64,000 nt of DNA from the human T2T-CHM13v2.0 reference genome, Homo sapiens: the NCBI RefSeq assembly GCF_009914755.1, contig NC_060925.1, one strand, 5' to 3'. The position numbers were made by a program, and so were the translations under genes. This document shows, piece after piece, positions 13,201-27,376 of the stretch. Within the stretch, counting starts at the first letter, position 1, and every line of letters starts with the position of its first letter. The notes under the pieces were generated by a model. It searched no databases and had not been told where the DNA came from. It saw only the letters and a list, made by a program, of their open reading frames with translations.

Positions 13201-16200
13201 TCGATTGGAATCATTATCAAATGGAATCGAATGGAATCACCGAATAGAATCGAATGGAACAGTCATCGCATGGACTCAAATGGAATTATCCTCAAATGGA
13301 ATCGAATGGAATTATCGAATGCAATCGAATGGAATTATCGAATGCAATCGAATAGAATCATCGAATGGACTCGAATGGAATCATCGAATGGAATGGAATG
13401 GAACAGTTAATGAACTCGAATGGAATCATCATTGAATGGAATCGAATGGAATCATCGAGTGGAATCGAATGGAATTATGATCAAATGCAATCGAATGTAA
13501 TCATCATCAAATGGAATCAAAAATAACCATCAACAATTGGTATTGAATGGAATTGTCATCAAATGGAATTCAAAGGAATCATCATCAAATGGAACCGAAT
13601 GGAATCCTCATTGAATGGAAATGAAAGGGGTCATCATCTAATGGAATCGCATGGAATCATCATCAAATGGAATCGAATGGAATCATCATCAAATGGAATC
13701 TAATGGAATCATTGAACAGAATTGAATGGAATCGTCATCGAATGAATTGAATGCAATCATCGAATGGTCTCGAATGGAATCATCTTCTAATGGAAAGGAA
13801 TGGAATCATCGCATAGAATCGAATGGAATTATCATCGAATGGAATCGAATGGTATCAACACCAAACGGAAAAAAACGGAATTATCGAATGGAATCGAAGA
13901 GAATCTTCGAACGGACCCGAATGGAATCATCTAATGGAATGGAATGGAATAATCCATGGACTCGAATGCAATCATCATCGAATGGAATGGAATGGAATCA
14001 TCGAATGGACTCGAATGGAATAATCATTGAACGGAATCGAATGGAATCATCATCGGATGGAAACGAATGGAATCATCATCGAATGGAAATGAAAGGAGTC
14101 ATCATCTAATGGGATTGCATGGAATCATCATAAAATGGAATCGAATGGAATCAACATCAAATGGAATCAAATGGAATCATTGAACGGAATTGAATGGAAT
14201 CGTCATCGAATGAATTGACTGCAATCATCGAATGGTCTCGAATGGAATCATCTTCAAATGGAATGGAATGGAATCATCGCATAGAATCGAATGGAATTAT
14301 CATCGAATGGAATCGAATGGAATCAACATCAAACGGAAAAAAACAGAATTATCGAATGGAATCGAAGAGAATCATCGAATGGACCCGAATGGAATCATCT
14401 AATGGAATGGAATGGAATAATCCATGGACTCGAATGCAATCATCATCGAATGGAATCAAATGGAATCATCGAATGGACTCGAATGGAATAATCATTGAAC
14501 GGAATCGAATGGAATCATCATCGGATGGAAATGAATGGAATCATCATCGAATGGAATCGAATAGAATTATGGAATGAAATCCAGTGTGATCATCATCGAA
14601 TGGACCCGAATGGAATCATCATCCAACGGAAGCTAATGGAATCAACATCGAATGAATGGAATGGAAACACCATCGAATTGAAACGAATGGAATTATCATG
14701 AAATTGAAATGGATGGACTCATCATCGAATGGATTCGAATGGAATCATCGAATAAAATTGATTGAAATCATCATCGAATGGAATCGAATGGTATCATTGA
14801 ATGGAATCGAATGGAATCATCATCAGATGGAAATGAATGGAATCGTCATAGAATGGAATCGAATGGATTCATTGAATGGAATCAGATGGAATCATCGAAT
14901 GGACTGGAATGGAATCATTGATGGGACTCGAAAGGGATCATTATTGAATGGAATTGAATGGAATCATCGAATGGTCTCGATTGGAATCATTATCAAATGG
15001 AATCGAATGGAATCACCGAATAGAATCGAATGGAACAATCATCGAATGGACTCAAATGGAATTATCCTCCAATGGAATCGAATGGAATTATCGAATGCAA
15101 TCGAATGGAATTATCGAATGCAATCGAATAGAATCATCGAATGGACTCGAATGGAATCATCGAATGGAATGGAATGGAACAGTCAATGAACTCGAATGGA
15201 ATCATCATTGAATGGAATCCAATGGAATCATCGAGTGGAATCGAATGGAATTATGATCAAATGGAATCGAATGTAATCATCATCAAATGGAATCAAAAAT
15301 AACCATCATCAATTGGTATTGAATGGAATTGTCATCAAATGGAATTCAAAGGAATCATCATCAAATGGAACCGAATGGAATCCTCATTGAATGGAAATGA
15401 AAGGGGTCATCATCTAATGGAATCGCATGGAATCATCATCAAATGGAATCGAATGGAATCATCATCAAATGGAATCTAATGGAATCATTGAACAGAATTG
15501 AATGGAATCGTCATCGAATGAATTGAATGCAATCATCGAATGGTCTCGAATGGAATCATCTTCTAATGGAAAGGAATGGAATCATCGCATAGAATCGAAT
15601 GGAATTATCATCGAATGGAATCGAATGGTATCAACACCAAACGGAAAAAAACGGAATTATCGAATGGAATCGAAGAGAATCTTCGAACGGACCCGAATGG
15701 AATCATCTAATGGAATGGAATGGAATAATCCATGGACTCGAATGCAATCATCATCGAATGGAATGGAATGGAATCATCGAATGGACTCGAATGGAATAAT
15801 CATTGAACGGAATCGAATGGAATCATCATCGGATGGAAACGAATGGAATCATCATCGAATGGAAATGAAAGGAGTCATCATCTAATGGAATTGCATGGAA
15901 TCATCATCAAATGGAATCGAATGGAATCAACATCAAATGGAATCAAATGGAATCATTGAACGGAATTGAATGGAATCGTCATCGAATGAATTGACTGCAA
16001 TCATCGAATGGTCTCGAATGGAATCATCTTCAAATGGAATGGAATGGAATCATCGCATAGAATCGAATGGAATTATCATCGAATGGAATCGAATGGAATC
16101 AACATCAAACGGAAAAAAACGGAATTATCGAATGGAATCGAAGAGAATCATCGAATGGACCCGAATGGAATCATCTAATGGAATGGAATGGAATAATCCA

Positions 16201-19200
16201 TGGACTCGAATGCAATCATCATCGAATGGAATCGAATGTAATCATCGAATGGACTCGAATGGAATAATCATTGAACGGAATCGAATGGAATCATCATCGG
16301 ATGGAAATGAATGGAATCATCATCGAATGGAATCGAATAGAATTATGGAATGAAATCCAGTGTGATCATCATCGAATGGACCCGAATGGAATCATCATCC
16401 AACGGAAGCTAATGGAATCAACATCGAATGAATCGAATGGAAACACCATCGAATTGAAACGAATGGAATTATCATGAAATTGAAATGGATGGACTCATCA
16501 TCGAATGGATTCGAATGTAATCATCGAATAAAATTGATTGAAATCATCATCCAATGGAATCGAATAGTATCATTGAATGGAATCGAATGGAATCATCATC
16601 AGATGGAAATGAATGGAATCGTCATAGAATGGAATCGAATGGATTCATTGAATGGAATCAGATGGAATCATCGAATGGACTGGAATGGAATCATTGAATG
16701 GACTCGAAAGGGATCATTATTGAATGGAATTGAATGGAATCATCGAATGGTCTCGATTGGAATCATTATCAAATGGAATCGAATGGAATCACCGAATAGA
16801 ATCGAATGGAACAATCATCGAATGGACTCAAATGGAATTATCCTCCAATGGAATCGAATGGAATTATCGAATGCAATCGAATGGAATTATCGAATGCAAT
16901 CGAATAGAATCATCGAATGGACTCGAATGGAATCATCGAATGGAATGGAATGGAACAGTCAATGAACTCGAATGGAATCATCATTGAATGGAATCGAATG
17001 GAATCATCGAGTGGAATCGAATGGAATTATGATCAAATGGAATCGAATGTAATCATCATCAAATGGAATCAAAAATAACCATCATCAATTGGTATTGAAT
17101 GGAATTGTCATCAAATGGAATTCAAAGGAATCATCATCAAATGGAACCGAATGGAATCCTCATTGAATGGAAATGAAAGGGGTCATCATCTAATGGAATC
17201 GCATGGAATCATCATCAAATGGAATCGAATGGAATCATCATCAAATGGAATCTAATGGAATCATTGAACAGAATTGAATGGAATCGTCATCGAATGAATT
17301 GAATGCAATCATCGAATGGTCTCGAATGGAATCATCTTCTAATGGAAAGGAATGGAATCATCGCATAGAATCGAATGGAATTATCAGCGAATGGAATCGA
17401 ATGGTATCAACACCAAACGGAAAAAAACGGAATTATCGAATGGAATCGAAGAGAATCTTCGAACGGACCCGAATGGAATCATCTAATGGAATGGAATGGA
17501 ATAATCCATGGACTCGAATGCAATCATCATCGAATGGAATCGAATGGAATCATCGAATGGACTCGAATGGAATAATCATTGAACGGAATCGATTGGAATC
17601 ATCATCGGATGGAAACGAATGGAATCATCATCGAATGGAAATGAAAGGAGTCATCATCTAATGGAATTGCATGGAATCATCATAAAATGGAATCGAATGG
17701 AATCAACATCAAATGGAATCAAATGGAATCATTGAACGGAATTGAATGGAATCGTCATCGAATGAATTGACTGCAATCATCGAATGGTCTCGAATGGAAT
17801 CATCTTCAAATGGAAGGGAATGGAATCATCGCATAGAATCGAATGGAATTATCATCGAATGGAATCGAATGGAATCAACATCAAACGGAAAAAAACAGAA
17901 TTATCGTATGGAATCGAAGAGAATCATCGAATGGACCCGAATGGAATCATCTAATGGAATGGAATGGAATAATCCATGGACTCGAATGCAATCATCATCG
18001 AATGGAATCGAATGGAATCATCGAATGGACTCGAATGGAATAATCATTGAACGGAATCGAATGGAATCATCATCGGATGGAAATGAATGGAATCATCATC
18101 GAATGGAATCGAATAGAATTATGGAATGAAATCCAGTGTGATCATCATCGAATGGACCCGAATGGAATCATCATCCAACGGAAGCTAATGGAATCAACAT
18201 CGAATGAATCGAATGGAAACACCATCGAATTGAAACGAATGGAATTATCATGAAATTGAAATGGATGGACTCATCATCGAATGGATTCGAATGGAATCAT
18301 CGAATAAAATTGAATGAAATCATCATCGAATGGAATCGAATGGTATCATTGAATGGAATCGAATGGAATCATCATCAGATGGAAATGAATGGAATCGTCA
18401 TAGAATGGAATCTAATGGATTCATTGAATGGAATCAGAAGGAATCATCGAATGGACTTGAATGGAATCATTGAATGGACTCGAAAGGGATCATGATTGAA
18501 TGGAATTGAATGGAATCATCGAATGGTCTCGATTGGAATCATTATCAAATGGAATCGAATGGAATCACCGAATAGAATCGAATGGAACAGTCATCGCATG
18601 GACTCAAATGGAATTATCCTCAAATGGAATCGAATGGAATTATCGAATGCAATCGAATGGAATTATCGAATGCAATCGAATGGAATCATCGAATGGACTC
18701 GAATGGAATCATCGAATGGAATGGAATGGAACAGTTAATGAACTCGAATGGAATCATCATTGAATGGAATCGAATGGAATCATCGAGTGGAATCGAATGG
18801 AATTATGATCAAATGGAATCGAATGTAATCATCATCAAATGGAATCAAAAATAACCATCAACAATTGGTATTGAATGGAATTGTCATCAAATGGAATTCA
18901 AAGGAATCATCATCAAATGGAACCGAATGGAATCCTCATTGAATGGAAATGAAAGGGGTCATCATCTAATGGAATCGCATGGAATCATCATCAAATGGAA
19001 TCGAATGGAATCATCATCAAATGGAATCTAATGGAATCATTGAACAGAATTGAATGGAATCGTCATCGAATGAATTGAATGCAATCATCGAATGGTCTCG
19101 AATGGAATCATCTTCTAATGGAAAGGAATGGAATCATCGCATAGAATCGAATGGAATTATCATCGAATGGAATCGAATGGTATCAACACCAAACGGAAAA

Positions 19201-19700
19201 AAACGGAATTATCGAATGGAATCGAAGAGAATCTTCGAACGGACCCGAATGGAATCATCTAATGGAATGGAATGGAATAATCCATGGACTCGAATGCAAT
19301 CATCATCGAATGGAATGGAATGGAATCATCGAATGGACTCGAATGGAATAATCATTGAACGGAATCGAATGGAATCATCATCGGATGGAAACGAATGGAA
19401 TCATCATCGAATGGAAATGAAAGGAGTCATCATCTAATGGGATTGCATGGAATCATCATAAAATGGAATCGAATGGAATCAACATCAAATGGAATCAAAT
19501 GGAATCATTGAACGGAATTGAATGGAATCGTCATCGAATGAATTGACTGCAATCATCGAATGGTCTCGAATGGAATCATCTTCAAATGGAATGGAATGGA
19601 ATCATCGCATAGAATCGAATGGAATTATCATCGAATGGAATCGAATGGAATCAACATCAAACGGAAAAAAACAGAATTATCGTATGGAATCGAAGAGAAT
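4267..19700 (+). repeat. Older, imperfect three-unit super-repeat (5,328-bp period)
   Basis: Shared rare variants 5,328 apart: 9594-5/14922-3, 12059/17387, 12265/17593, 13111/18439, 13408/18736, 13533/18861, 14113/19441; T>G at 4267/9595/14923; AACAG at 7241/12569/17897. Boundaries approximate. Confidence 0.8.
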
Positions 19701-20669
19701 CATCGAATGGACCCGAATGGAATCATCTAATGGAATGGAATGGAATAATCCATGGACTCGAATGCAATCATCATCGAATGGAATCGAATGGAATCATCGA
19801 ATGGACTCGAATGGAATAATCATTGAACGGAATCGAATGGAATCATCATCGGATGGAAATGAATGGAATCATCATCGAATGGAATCGAATAGAATTATGG
19901 AATGAAATCCAGTGTGATCATCATCGAATGGACCCGAATGGAATCATCATCCAACGGAAGCTAATGGAATCAACATCGAATGAATCGAATGGAAACACCA
20001 TCGAATTGAAACGAATGGAATTATCATGAAATTGAAATGGATGGACTCATCATCGAATGGATTCGAATGGAATCATCGAATAAAATTGATTGAAATCATC
20101 ATCGAATGGAATCGAATGGTATCATTGAATGGAATCGAATGGAATCATCATCAGATGGAAATGAATGGAATCGTCATAGAATGGAATCGAATGGATTCAT
20201 TGAATGGAATCAGATGGAATCATCGAATGGACTGGAATGGAATCATTGAATGGACTCGAAAGGGATCATGATTGAATGGAATTGAATGGAATCATCGAAT
20301 GGTCTCGATTGGAATCATTATCAAATGGAATCGAATGGAATCACCGAATAGAATCGAATGGAACAATCATCGAATGGACTCAAATGGAATTATCCTCAAA
20401 TGGAATCGAATGGAATTATCGAATGCAATCGAATGGAATTATCGAATGCAATCGAATAGAATCATCGAAAGGACTCGAATGGAATCATCGAATGGAATGG
20501 AATGGAACAGTCAATGAACTCGAATGGAATCATCATTGAATGGAATCGAATGGAATCATCGAGTGGAATCGAATGGAATTATGATCAAATGGAATCGAAT
20601 GTAATCATCATCAAATGGAATCAAAAATAACCATCATCAATTGGTATTGAATGGAATTGTCATCAAATG

Positions 20670-21977
20670 GAATTCAAAGGAATCATCATCAAATGGAACC
20701 GAATGGAATCCTCATTGAATGGAAATGAAAGGGGTCATCATCTAATGGAATCGCATGGAATCATCATCAAATGGAATCGAATGGAATCATCATCAAATGG
20801 AATCTAATGGAATCATTGAACAGAATTGAATGGAATCGTCATCGAATGAATTGAATGCAATCATCGAATGGTCTCGAATGGAATCATCTTCTTATGGAAA
20901 GGAATGGAATCATCGCATAGAATCGAACGGAATTATCATCGAATGGAATCGAATGGTATCAACACCAAACGGAAAAAAACGGAATTATCGAATGGAATCG
21001 AAGAGAATCTTCGAACGGACCCGAATGGAATCATCTAATGGAATGGAATGGAATAATCCATGGACTCGAATGCAATCATCATCGAATGGAATCGAATGGA
21101 ATCATCGAATGGACTCGAATGGAATAATCATTGAACGGAATCGAATGGAATCATCATCGGATGGAAATGAATGGAATCATCATCGAATGGAATCGAATAG
21201 AATTATGGAATGAAATCCAGTGTGATCATCATCGAATGGACCCGAATGGAATCATCATCCAACGGAAGCTAATGGAATCAACATCGAATGAATCGAATGG
21301 AAACACCATCGAATTGAAACGAATGGAATTATCATGAAATTGAAATGGATGGACTCATCATCGAATGGATTCGAATGGAATCATCGAATAAAATTGATTG
21401 AAATCATCATCCAATGGAATCGAATGATATCATTGAATGGAATCGAATGGAATCATCATCAGATGGAAATGAATGGAATCGTCATAGAATGGAATCGAAT
21501 GGATTCATTGAATGGAATCAGATGGAATCATCGAATGGACTGGAATGGAATCATTGAATGGACTCGAAAGGGATCATGATTGAATGGAATTGAATGGAAT
21601 CATCGAATGGTCTCGATTGGAATCATTATCAAATGGAATCGAATGGAATCACCGAATAGAATCGAATGGAACAATCATCGAATGGACTCAAATGGAATTA
21701 TCCTCAAATGGAATCGAATGGAATTATCGAATGCAATCGAATGGAATTATCGAATGCAATCGAATAGAATCATCGAAAGGACTCGAATGGAATCATCGAA
21801 TGGAATGGAATGGAACAGTCAATGAACTCGAATGGAATCATCATTGAATGGAATCCAATGGAATCATCGAGTGGAATCGAATGGAATTATGATCAAATGG
21901 AATCGAATGTAATCATCATCAAATGGAATCAAAAATAACCATCATCAATTGGTATTGAATGGAATTGTCATCAAATG
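20670..21977 (+). repeat. 1,308-bp variant unit with a single B/A hybrid 468-bp subunit
   Basis: ORF 20830 begins B-type (ELNA..MVSTP..IFER) and ends A-type (MESNRIME); spacing 20830 to 22138 = 1308 = 1776-468. Confidence 0.93.
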
Positions 21978-24900
21978 GAATTCAAAGGAATCATCATCAA
22001 ATGGAACCGAATGGAATCCTCATTGAATGGAAATGAAAGGGGTCATCATCTAATGGAATCGCATGGAATCATCATCAAATGGAATCGAATGGAATCATCA
22101 TCAAATGGAATCTAATGGAATCATTGAACAGAATTGAATGGAATCGTCATCGAATGAATTGAATGCAATCATCGAATGGTCTCGAATGGAATCATCTTCT
22201 AATGGAAAGGAATGGAATCATCGCATAGAATCGAATGGAATTATCATCGAATGGAATCGAATGGTATCAACACCAAACGGAAAAAAACGGAATTATCGAA
22301 TGGAATCGAAGAGAATCTTCGAACGGACCCGAATGGAATCATCTAATGGAATGGAATGGAATAATCCATGGACTCGAATGCAATCATCATCGAATGGAAT
22401 CGAATGGAATCATCGAATGGACTCGAATGGAATAATCATTGAACGGAATCGAATGGAATCATCATCGGATGGAAACGAATGGAATCATCATCGAATGGAA
22501 ATGAAAGGAGTCATCATCTAATGGAATTGCATGGAATCATCATAAAATGGAATCGAATGGAATCAACATCAAATGGAATCAAATGGAATCATTGAACGGA
22601 ATTGAATGGAATCGTCATCGAATGAATTGACTGCAATCATCCAATGGTCTCGAATGGAATCATCTTCAAATGGAATGGAATGGAATCATCGCATAGAATC
22701 GAATGGAATTATCATCGAATGGAATCGAATGGAATCAACATCAAACGGAAAAAAACGGAATTATCGAATGGAATCGAAGAGAATCATCGAATGGACCCGA
22801 ATGGAATCATCTAATGGAATGGAATGGAATAATCCATGGACTCGAATGCAATCATCATCGAATGGAATCGAATGGAATCATCGAATGGACTCGAATGGAA
22901 TAATCATTGAACGGAATCGAATGGAATCATCATCGGATGGAAATGAATGGAATCATCATCGAATGGAATCGAATAGAATTATGGAATGAAATCCAGTGTG
23001 ATCATCATCGAATGGACCCGAATGGAATCATCATCCAACGGAAGCTAATGGAATCAACATCGAATGAATCGAATGGAAACACCATCGAATTGAAACGAAT
23101 GGAATTATCATGAAATTGAAATGGATGGACTCATCATCGAATGTATTCGAATGGAATCATCGAATAAAATTGATTGAAATCATCATCCAATGGAATCGAA
23201 TGGTATCATTGAATGGAATCGAATGGAATCATCATCAGATGGAAATGAATGGAATCGTCATAGAATGGAATCGAATGGATTCATTGAATGGAATCAGATG
23301 GAATCATCGAATGGACTGGAATGGAATCATTGAATGGACTCGAAAGGGATCATGATTGAATGGAATTGAATGGAATCATCGAATGGTCTCGATTGGAATC
23401 ATTATCAAATGGAATCGAATGGAATCACCGAATAGAATCGAATGGAACAATCATCGAATGGACTCAAATGGAATTATCCTCCAATGGAATCGAATGGAAT
23501 TATCGAATGCAATCGAATGGAATTATCGAATGCAATCGAATAGAATCATCGAATGGACTCGAATGGAATCATCGAATGGAATGGAATGGAACAGTCAATG
23601 AACTCGAATGGAATCATCATTGAATGGAATCGAATGGAATCATCGAGTGGAATCGAATGGAATTATGATCAAATGGAATCGAATGTAATCATCATCAAAT
23701 GGAATCAAAAATAACCATCATCAATTGGAATTGAATGGAATTGTCATCAAATGGAATTCAAAGGAATCATCATCAAATGGAACCGAATGGAATCCTCATT
23801 GAATGGAAATGAAAGGGGTCATCATCTAATGGAATCGCATGGAATCATCATCAAATGGAATCGAATGGAAACATCATCAAATGGAATCTAATGGAATCAT
23901 TGAACAGAATTGAATGGAATGGTCATCGAATGAATTGAATGCAATCATCGAATGGTCTCGAATGGAATCATCTTCTAATGGAAAGGAATGGAATCATCGC
24001 ATAGAATCGAATGGAATTATCATCGAATGGAATCGAATGGTATCAACACCAAACGGAAAAAAACGGAATTATCGAATGGAATCGAAGAGAATCTTGGAAC
24101 GGACCCGAATGGAATCATCTAATGGAATGGAATGGAATAATCCATGGACTCGAATGCAATCATCATCGAATGGAATCGAATGGAATCATCGAATGGACTC
24201 GAATGGAATAATCATTGAACGGAATCGAATGGAATCATCATCGGATGGAAACGAATGGAATCATCATCGAATGGAAATGAAAGGAGTCATCATCTAATGG
24301 AATTGCATGGAATCATCATAAAATGGAATCGAATGGAATCAACATCAAATGGAATCAAATGGAATCATTGAACGGAATTGAATGGAATCGTCATCGAATG
24401 AATTGACTGCAATCATCCAATGGTCTCGAATGGAATCATCTTCAAATGGAATGGAATGGAATCATCGCATAGAATCGAATGGAATTATCATCGAATGGAA
24501 TCGAATGGAATCAACATCAAACGGAAAAAAACGGAATTATCGAATGGAATCGAAGAGAATCATCGAATGGACCCGAATGGAATCATCTAATGGAATGGAA
24601 TGGAATAATCCATGGACTCGAATGCAATCATCATCGAATGGAATCGAATGGAATCATCGAATGGACTCGAATCGAATAATCATTGAACGGAATCGAATGG
24701 AATCATCATCGGATGGAAATGAATGGAATCATCATCGAATGGAATCGAATAGAATTATGGAATGAAATCCAGTGTGATCATCATCGAATGGACCCGAATG
24801 GAATCATCATCCAACGGAAGCTAATGGAATCAACATCGAATGAATCGAATGGAAACACCATCGAATTGAAACGAATGGAATTGTCATGAAATTGAAATGG

Positions 24901-25267
24901 ATGGACTCATCATCGAATGGATTCGAATGGAATCATCGAATAAAATTGATTGAAATCATCATCCAATGGAATCGAATGGTATCATTGAATGGAATCGAAT
25001 GGAATCATCATCAGATGGAAATGAATGGAATCGTCATAGAATGGAATCGAATGGATTCATTGAATGGAATCAGATGGAATCATCGAATGGACTGGAATGG
25101 AATCATTGAATGGACACGAAAGGGATCATTATTGAATGGAATTGAATGGAAGCATCGAATGGTCTCGATTGGAATCATTATCAAATGGAATCGAATGGAA
25201 TCACCGAATAGAATCGAATGGAACAATCATCGAATGGACTCAAATGGAATTATCCTCCAATGGAATC

Positions 25268-25336
25268 GAATGGAATTATCGAATGCAATCGAATGGAATT
25301 ATCGAATGCAATCGAATGGAATTATCGAATGCAATC
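25268..25336 (+). repeat. Triplicated 23-bp monomer GAATGGAATTATCGAATGCAATC (normally 2 copies); 1,799-bp unit
   Basis: Three exact copies at 25268, 25291 and 25314; ORF spacing 24382 to 26181 = 1799. Confidence 0.95.
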
Positions 25337-27376
25337 GAATAGAATCATCGAATGGACTCGAATGGAATCATCGAATGGAATGGAATGGAACAGTCAATGA
25401 ACTCGAATGGAATCATCATTGAATGGAATCGAATGGAATCATCGAGTGGAATCGAATGGAATTATGATCAAATGGAATCGAATGTAATCATCATCAAATG
25501 GAATCAAAAATAACCATCATCAATTGGTATTGAATGGAATTGTCATCAAATGGAATTCAAAGGAATCATCATCAAATGGAACCGAATGGAATCCTCATTG
25601 AATGGAAATGAAAGGGGTCATCATCTAATGGAATCGCATGGAATCATCATCAAATGGAATCGAATGGAATCATCATCAAATGGAATCTAATGGAATCATT
25701 GAACAGAATTGAATGGAATCGTCATCGAATGAATTGAATGCAATCATCGAATGGTCTCGAATGGAATCATCTTCTAATGGAAAGGAATGGAATCATCGCA
25801 TAGAATCGAATGGAATTATCATCGAATGGAATCGAATGGTATCAACACCAAACGGAAAAAAACGGAATTATCGAATGGAATCGAAGAGAATCTTCGAACG
25901 GACCCGAATGGAATCATCTAATGGAATGGAATGGAATAGTCCATGGACTCGAATGCAATCATCATCGAATGGAATCGAATGGAATCATCGAATGGACTCG
26001 AATGGAATAATCATTGAACGGAATCGAATGGAATCATCATCGGATGGAAACGAATGGAATCATCATCGAATGGAAATGAAAGGAGTCATCATCTAATGGA
26101 ATTGCATGGAATCATCATAAAATGGAATCGAATGGAATCAACATCAAATGGAATCAAATGGAATCATTGAACGGAATTGAATGGAATCGTCATCGAATGA
26201 ATTGACTGCAATCATCGAATGGTCTCGAATGGAATCATCTTCAAATGGAATGGAATGGAATCATCGCATAGAATCGAATGGAATTATCATCGAATGGAAT
26301 CGAATGGAATCAACATCAAACGGAAAAAAACGGAATTATCGAATGGAATCGAAGAGAATCATCGAATGGACCCGAATGGAATCATCTAATGGAATGGAAT
26401 GGAATAATCCATGGACTCGAATGCAATCATCATCGAATGGAATCGAATGGAATCATCGAATGGACTCGAATGGAATAATCATTGAACGGAATAGAATGGA
26501 ATCATCATCGGATGGAAATGAATGGAATCATCATCTAATGGAATCGAATAGAATTATGGAATGAAATCCAGTGTGATCATCATCGAATGGACCCGAATGG
26601 AATCATCATCCAACGGAAGCTAATGGAATCAACATCGAATGAATCAAATGGAAACACCATCGAATTGAAACGAATGGAATTATCATGAAATTGAAATGGA
26701 TGGACTCATCATCGAATGGATTCGAATGGAATCATCGAATAAAATTGATTGAAATCATCATCGAATGGAATCGAATGGTATCATTGAATGGAATCGAATG
26801 GAATCATCATCAGATGGAAATGAATGGAATCGTCATAGAATGGAATCGAATGGATTCATTGAATGGAATCAGATGGAATCATCGAATGGACTGGAATGGA
26901 ATCATTGAATGGACTCGAAAGGGATCATGATTGAATGGAATTGAATGGAATCATCGAATGGTCTCGATTGGAATCATTATCAAATGGAATCGAATGGAAT
27001 CACCGAATAGAATCGAATGGAACAATCATCGAATGGACTCAAATGGAATTATCCTCCAATGGAATCGAATGGAATTATCGAATGCAATCGAATGGAATTA
27101 TCGAATGCAATCGAATAGAATCATCGAATGGACTCGAATGGAATCATCGAATGGAATGGAATGGAACAGTCAATGAACTCGAATGGAATCATCATTGAAT
27201 GGAATCGAATGGAATCATCGAGAGGAATCGAATGGAATTATGATCAAATGGAATCGAATGTAATCATCATCAAATGGAATCAAAAATAACCATCATCAAT
27301 TGGTATTGAATGGAATTGTCATCAAATGGAATTCAAAGGAATCATCATCAAATGGAACCGAATGGAATCCTCATTG

